Of a stretch of 64,000 nucleotides of DNA, positions 60,810-64,000 are shown piece after piece. The translations under genes and the position numbers were made by a program. Numbering within the stretch: position 1 is the stretch's first letter; every line of letters starts with the position of its first letter. Under the pieces are notes generated by a model. The model was not told the DNA's origin. It saw nothing but the letters and a program-made list of their open reading frames with translations, and made no database searches. This DNA comes from an uncultured delta proteobacterium (GTDB taxonomy: Bacteria; Desulfobacterota; Desulfomonilia; Desulfomonilales; Desulfomonilaceae): NCBI GenBank assembly GCA_963789265.1, contig CAWBKB010000007.1:384001-448000 (forward strand), given 5' to 3'.

Positions 60810-63092
60810 TTAAAAACCCTTATATGGGTTGGGATCGAAACCGGCGAGCGTTTCCATGAAATCGTCTACCAATTTCGGGATCGTATGGAATTCACTTATC
60901 GCCAATTGGTGGACAACTATACGTTCCGGTTCCAGGACGAGGCGCTGCAAAGTCTCTGAGATCTTCCCCATTCGATACTCCGCAAGCTCGCTCCCCTTCA
61001 TGAAGTGGCATTGATAGTCGTCACCGTATTTACAGCCGATCAACATGATACCGTCAATGCCCTTGGACAGCGCGTCGGCGATCCAAACCATGTTGATGTT
61101 GCCGAGGCATCTTAAAGGAATAAACCTCACAAAGGGGCTGTACTCAAGCCTGTTGATTCCGGCCATGTCCACCGCGGGGTACGCGTCGTTTTCACAAACA
61201 AAAATCACCACTCGAGGTTTTTCCGCGTACTCATCGGGAACATCTATGCATTTCACCATGGAACCGATCATGTCCACTGAATGATCTCTGAAGGAAATGA
61301 TCCGCTCGGGACACGAGCCCATGCAGATAGCGCAACGCCGGCAGCGGGTCGGATTGGGCAAAGGTGTGCCGTCAGGCTTTTCGTCATACGCACCGAATGG
61401 GCATTCTTCCGTGCAACGCTTGCACTGCGTGCACCTCTGGACGAAAATCTCGGGGAAGGACTCATCGCCGGCCCTCGGATGAACTGCTTTACCCTGAGAA
61501 ACCAGCTCAACACACTGAATGGCTTTCAGAGCCGCACCAACCGCGTCGGTTTCACAGCTCTGGAAGTCCATGGGCTGTCGAACGCAGCCGGCTGTATAGA
61601 TTCCAGTTCTTTGGGTCTCGTATGGAAAACAGATGAAATGAGAGTCGTTGAAACCGTACGGGTTCTCCGGTAAAAACGGTCCTTGGCGGTACTTGAGATT
61701 CAATATGGCCGCATCTCTAGTCGCAGGAACCATGCCCGTTGACAACACCACCAGATCGACATTGATCTTCATCTTTTCGCCGAGCAGCGTGTCCTTCAGG
61801 TCCACATTGAGCCCGGCAGACCCGTTGGAAACACCCACGGCAGTCCCCTTGGAAAGAAAAACGCCGGGGTCGTCCTGCATGGCCTGGTAGAATAATTCAT
61901 ACTGCCCCGGAGTCCGCATATTCTCATAGAAGATGTAGGCCCTGCCGTCGGGGTTGGTCTTTCGCAGATACTGCGCCTGTTTCAGCATGATCAGAGAGGC
62001 CACAGACGAGCAGTAAAGCAGTGGATGCTCGGCTTCCTGATTTGCCGCATCTATGAACGCAATGCTGCTCACTTCCTTGCCATCGGAAGGTCGCGTGATT
62101 CTTCCTTTGGCAGCAAGCTCCTCCATCTCAACACTAGTGATCACGTCGGGGTACTGACCGTAACCCAGGTGGGAATATCCTGACGCTTCCTCCGGCCGCC
62201 ATCCGGCCGCAAGAATCACCGCACCCACACGAACTTTCTCATGTTCGAAATCGGCGGTCTCCGTTACCTCTTCCTCAACCTCGGCCTGTTCCTGCGCGGG
62301 TGCAGCCGGTTTAGGCTCCTCTTCTCCGGCGGCTTTGGCATTCTTGGCCGCGAGCCACTCGTTCTGTTCTTTGTCGAGTTGGTCGATCCAGGGTCCGTCA
62401 GGGCGGATGATAACGTCGAACATGCCGGGAGCACCGGAAATGCTGTACACTCTCCGGCCGGTGTAGACTTTGATCTTTTCGACGGAGTTTACTGCTGCGA
62501 TCTTCTCATGAACCGGGGAATCGGTCACTTCGTTATACGGCGGCTTTCCGGTGAACACTTTATGGAACTTGTTGGCCCATCCACCCAGATCCGGATTCTT
62601 CTCGACGAGATAGACCTGATAACCTGCGGCTGCGGCTTCCAGAGCTGCCGTCATGCCGGTCATCCCACCGCCTATGACAAGGATGCCCTTGTCCACTGCT
62701 TCCATAAAAGGCGGTCTGTCCTCATATTTGGAAGTCTTTGTGATCCCCATCCTCATGTAATCTTCGGCCAGCATCTGGGTATCTTCATCGTTCGCCGGAT
62801 GTGACCACACCACGTGTTCCCGAAGATTCACCCGTTCGGTAATAACGCCGTCAAATGTGAATTCCTTCTGAAAGACTCGGGGAGAAGGCCCGGCGATGAT
62901 TACCGCCGTAAGCCCCTCGTTTGCAATGTCGTTTCTTATGATGGCAAGCTTGTCCGGATCACTCCAGTAAGATTCGGCTCGACAAACCGGTACCTTGAAT
63001 TCACCGGTGGCCACAGCGGAAAGGGCGTCGATGTCCAGCGCATCCTTAATCCCGTAACCTGTATCAATATAAACTGCGATCTTGTGGTCCAT
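60810..63092 (-). CDS. qmoB: QmoB (HdrA-like flavoprotein with ferredoxin and MvhD-like domains)
   Basis: NLREHVVWSH, GGGMTG, DSHFICFPYETQRTGIY, CTQCKRCTEECPFG, CENDAYPA, GCKYGDDYQCHF. Confidence 0.93.
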   Translation of the reverse strand: MDHKIAVYIDTGYGIKDALDIDALSAVATGEFKVPVCRAESYWSDPDKLAIIRNDIANEGLTAVIIAGPSPRVFQKEFTFDGVITERVNLREHVVWSHPANDEDTQMLAEDYMRMGITKTSKYEDRPPFMEAVDKGILVIGGGMTGMTAALEAAAAGYQVYLVEKNPDLGGWANKFHKVFTGKPPYNEVTDSPVHEKIAAVNSVEKIKVYTGRRVYSISGAPGMFDVIIRPDGPWIDQLDKEQNEWLAAKNAKAAGEEEPKPAAPAQEQAEVEEEVTETADFEHEKVRVGAVILAAGWRPEEASGYSHLGYGQYPDVITSVEMEELAAKGRITRPSDGKEVSSIAFIDAANQEAEHPLLYCSSVASLIMLKQAQYLRKTNPDGRAYIFYENMRTPGQYELFYQAMQDDPGVFLSKGTAVGVSNGSAGLNVDLKDTLLGEKMKINVDLVVLSTGMVPATRDAAILNLKYRQGPFLPENPYGFNDSHFICFPYETQRTGIYTAGCVRQPMDFQSCETDAVGAALKAIQCVELVSQGKAVHPRAGDESFPEIFVQRCTQCKRCTEECPFGAYDEKPDGTPLPNPTRCRRCAICMGSCPERIISFRDHSVDMIGSMVKCIDVPDEYAEKPRVVIFVCENDAYPAVDMAGINRLEYSPFVRFIPLRCLGNINMVWIADALSKGIDGIMLIGCKYGDDYQCHFMKGSELAEYRMGKISETLQRLVLEPERIVVHQLAISEFHTIPKLVDDFMETLAGFDPNPYKGF

Positions 63093-63096
63093 TGAC

Positions 63097-64000
63097 TTAC
63101 CTCCCCACCGTATCCTGAAGGGCCTTCAAGGCAGCTCCGGTAGCATCCTGCAAGCAGGTGCCGACATCCATAGGTCGCCTGGAAACACCGGCAGGATGTA
63201 CACCTTCGTCCGAGATCATGAATCCGAATTCGTCATAAGCCACGTTCAGACCCGGGACTTTTTCCTCGCTGGTGTTGGGTTGCATTCCGGTGGCGAGAAC
63301 AGCCATATCGAAGGCACGTCGAATTTTCTTGCCTGAGAGAATGTCCTCTCCTTCGAGGATCACGTCTTTCGTGCTCGGGTCCTCCGTTATATTAACGATC
63401 TTCCCCTTGGTGAGCAGCACCATTTCGTCTTTCCTCACTCTGTCGTAAAAGAATTCGAAACGACCATAGGCTCTCAGGTCGATATAGAAAATGTGCGCCT
63501 GCGCATCAGGATTGTAGTCCCGAAGGTACGTGGCCTGTTTCAAAGATGCCAGGCAACATATCGAAGAGCAATACGGCAAATGGTTCCTGTCTCGGGAGCC
63601 CGCACACTGGACGAAGGCAAGGTTGTTAACCTTCTTGCCGTCTGAGGGCCGAACGATCTCCCCTTTGGTGGGGCCTCCCGGAGCAGCCAGTCTTTCCATC
63701 ATCACATTGGTAATGACGTTGGCACATTTCCCGAAGCCCAACTTGTCCAGTTTAGAGGGGTCGTATGGCTTCCAGCCGGTGGCCCACACCACTGAAGCCA
63801 CTTCCACATTGAAAGTTTCCGGCTTGGCGTCCAGGTCGATGCGGATGCCCTTGTTGGTGCAGGACTCTATGAAGGAGTTATATTCCAGGCGGCCTTGCAA
63901 TTTCTTGAGGGCATCCCGGTCAACCACGAGATTCATAGGGTAGGCCATCTCGTAGGGCAAACGTACCGCTTTGACTGTATCCATATCGTAATTGAAGTCG
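63097..64000 (-). CDS. qmoA: QmoA (HdrA-like flavoprotein), truncated by the window edge
   Basis: ATGWKPYD, ITNVMMERLA, QCAGSRD..HLPYCSSICCLASLKQ, QDATGAALKA; upstream of qmoB. Confidence 0.9.
   Translation of the reverse strand, partial: DFNYDMDTVKAVRLPYEMAYPMNLVVDRDALKKLQGRLEYNSFIESCTNKGIRIDLDAKPETFNVEVASVVWATGWKPYDPSKLDKLGFGKCANVITNVMMERLAAPGGPTKGEIVRPSDGKKVNNLAFVQCAGSRDRNHLPYCSSICCLASLKQATYLRDYNPDAQAHIFYIDLRAYGRFEFFYDRVRKDEMVLLTKGKIVNITEDPSTKDVILEGEDILSGKKIRRAFDMAVLATGMQPNTSEEKVPGLNVAYDEFGFMISDEGVHPAGVSRRPMDVGTCLQDATGAALKALQDTVGR

Noticed and set aside
1..64000. tRNA, rRNA, prophage, cas or retron genes
   Set aside because: None recognised by eye; a covariance-model scan would be needed to exclude small RNAs.

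Overview
A 64-kb chromosomal window from an anaerobic sulfur-metabolising bacterium. It carries qmoABC, and the gene content and repeat load suggest a Desulfomonile-like member of Desulfobacterota (inference). Housekeeping genes (guaA, leuC, rfbD, ispD, ispB-like, bamD, dcd, purB, panCD, qmoABC) surround three accessory regions. (1) An aromatic catabolism cluster at 12.1-24.5 kb: three corrinoid O-demethylase-type components, a PaaK-family CoA ligase, an MFS transporter, IclR and 4-hydroxybenzoyl-CoA reductase-like hcrBCA. (2) A repeat-dense region at 24.5-31.9 kb with one RAYT transposase and two small GIY-YIG nuclease genes, each embedded in its own palindromic repeat family. (3) A toxin-antitoxin cluster at 38.3-39.6 kb. 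The most striking signal is the second GIY-YIG gene, which sits inside a CRISPR-like array of 30-bp palindromic direct repeats with unique 35-38-bp spacers and no cas genes; two spacers are copies of the RAYT-type REP. The core of that repeat (TCCCGCG-loop-CGCGGGA) also appears patched into copies of other REP families across the window. About a dozen single-base indels, including in guaA and purB, are most likely sequencing errors, so base-level details need read confirmation.
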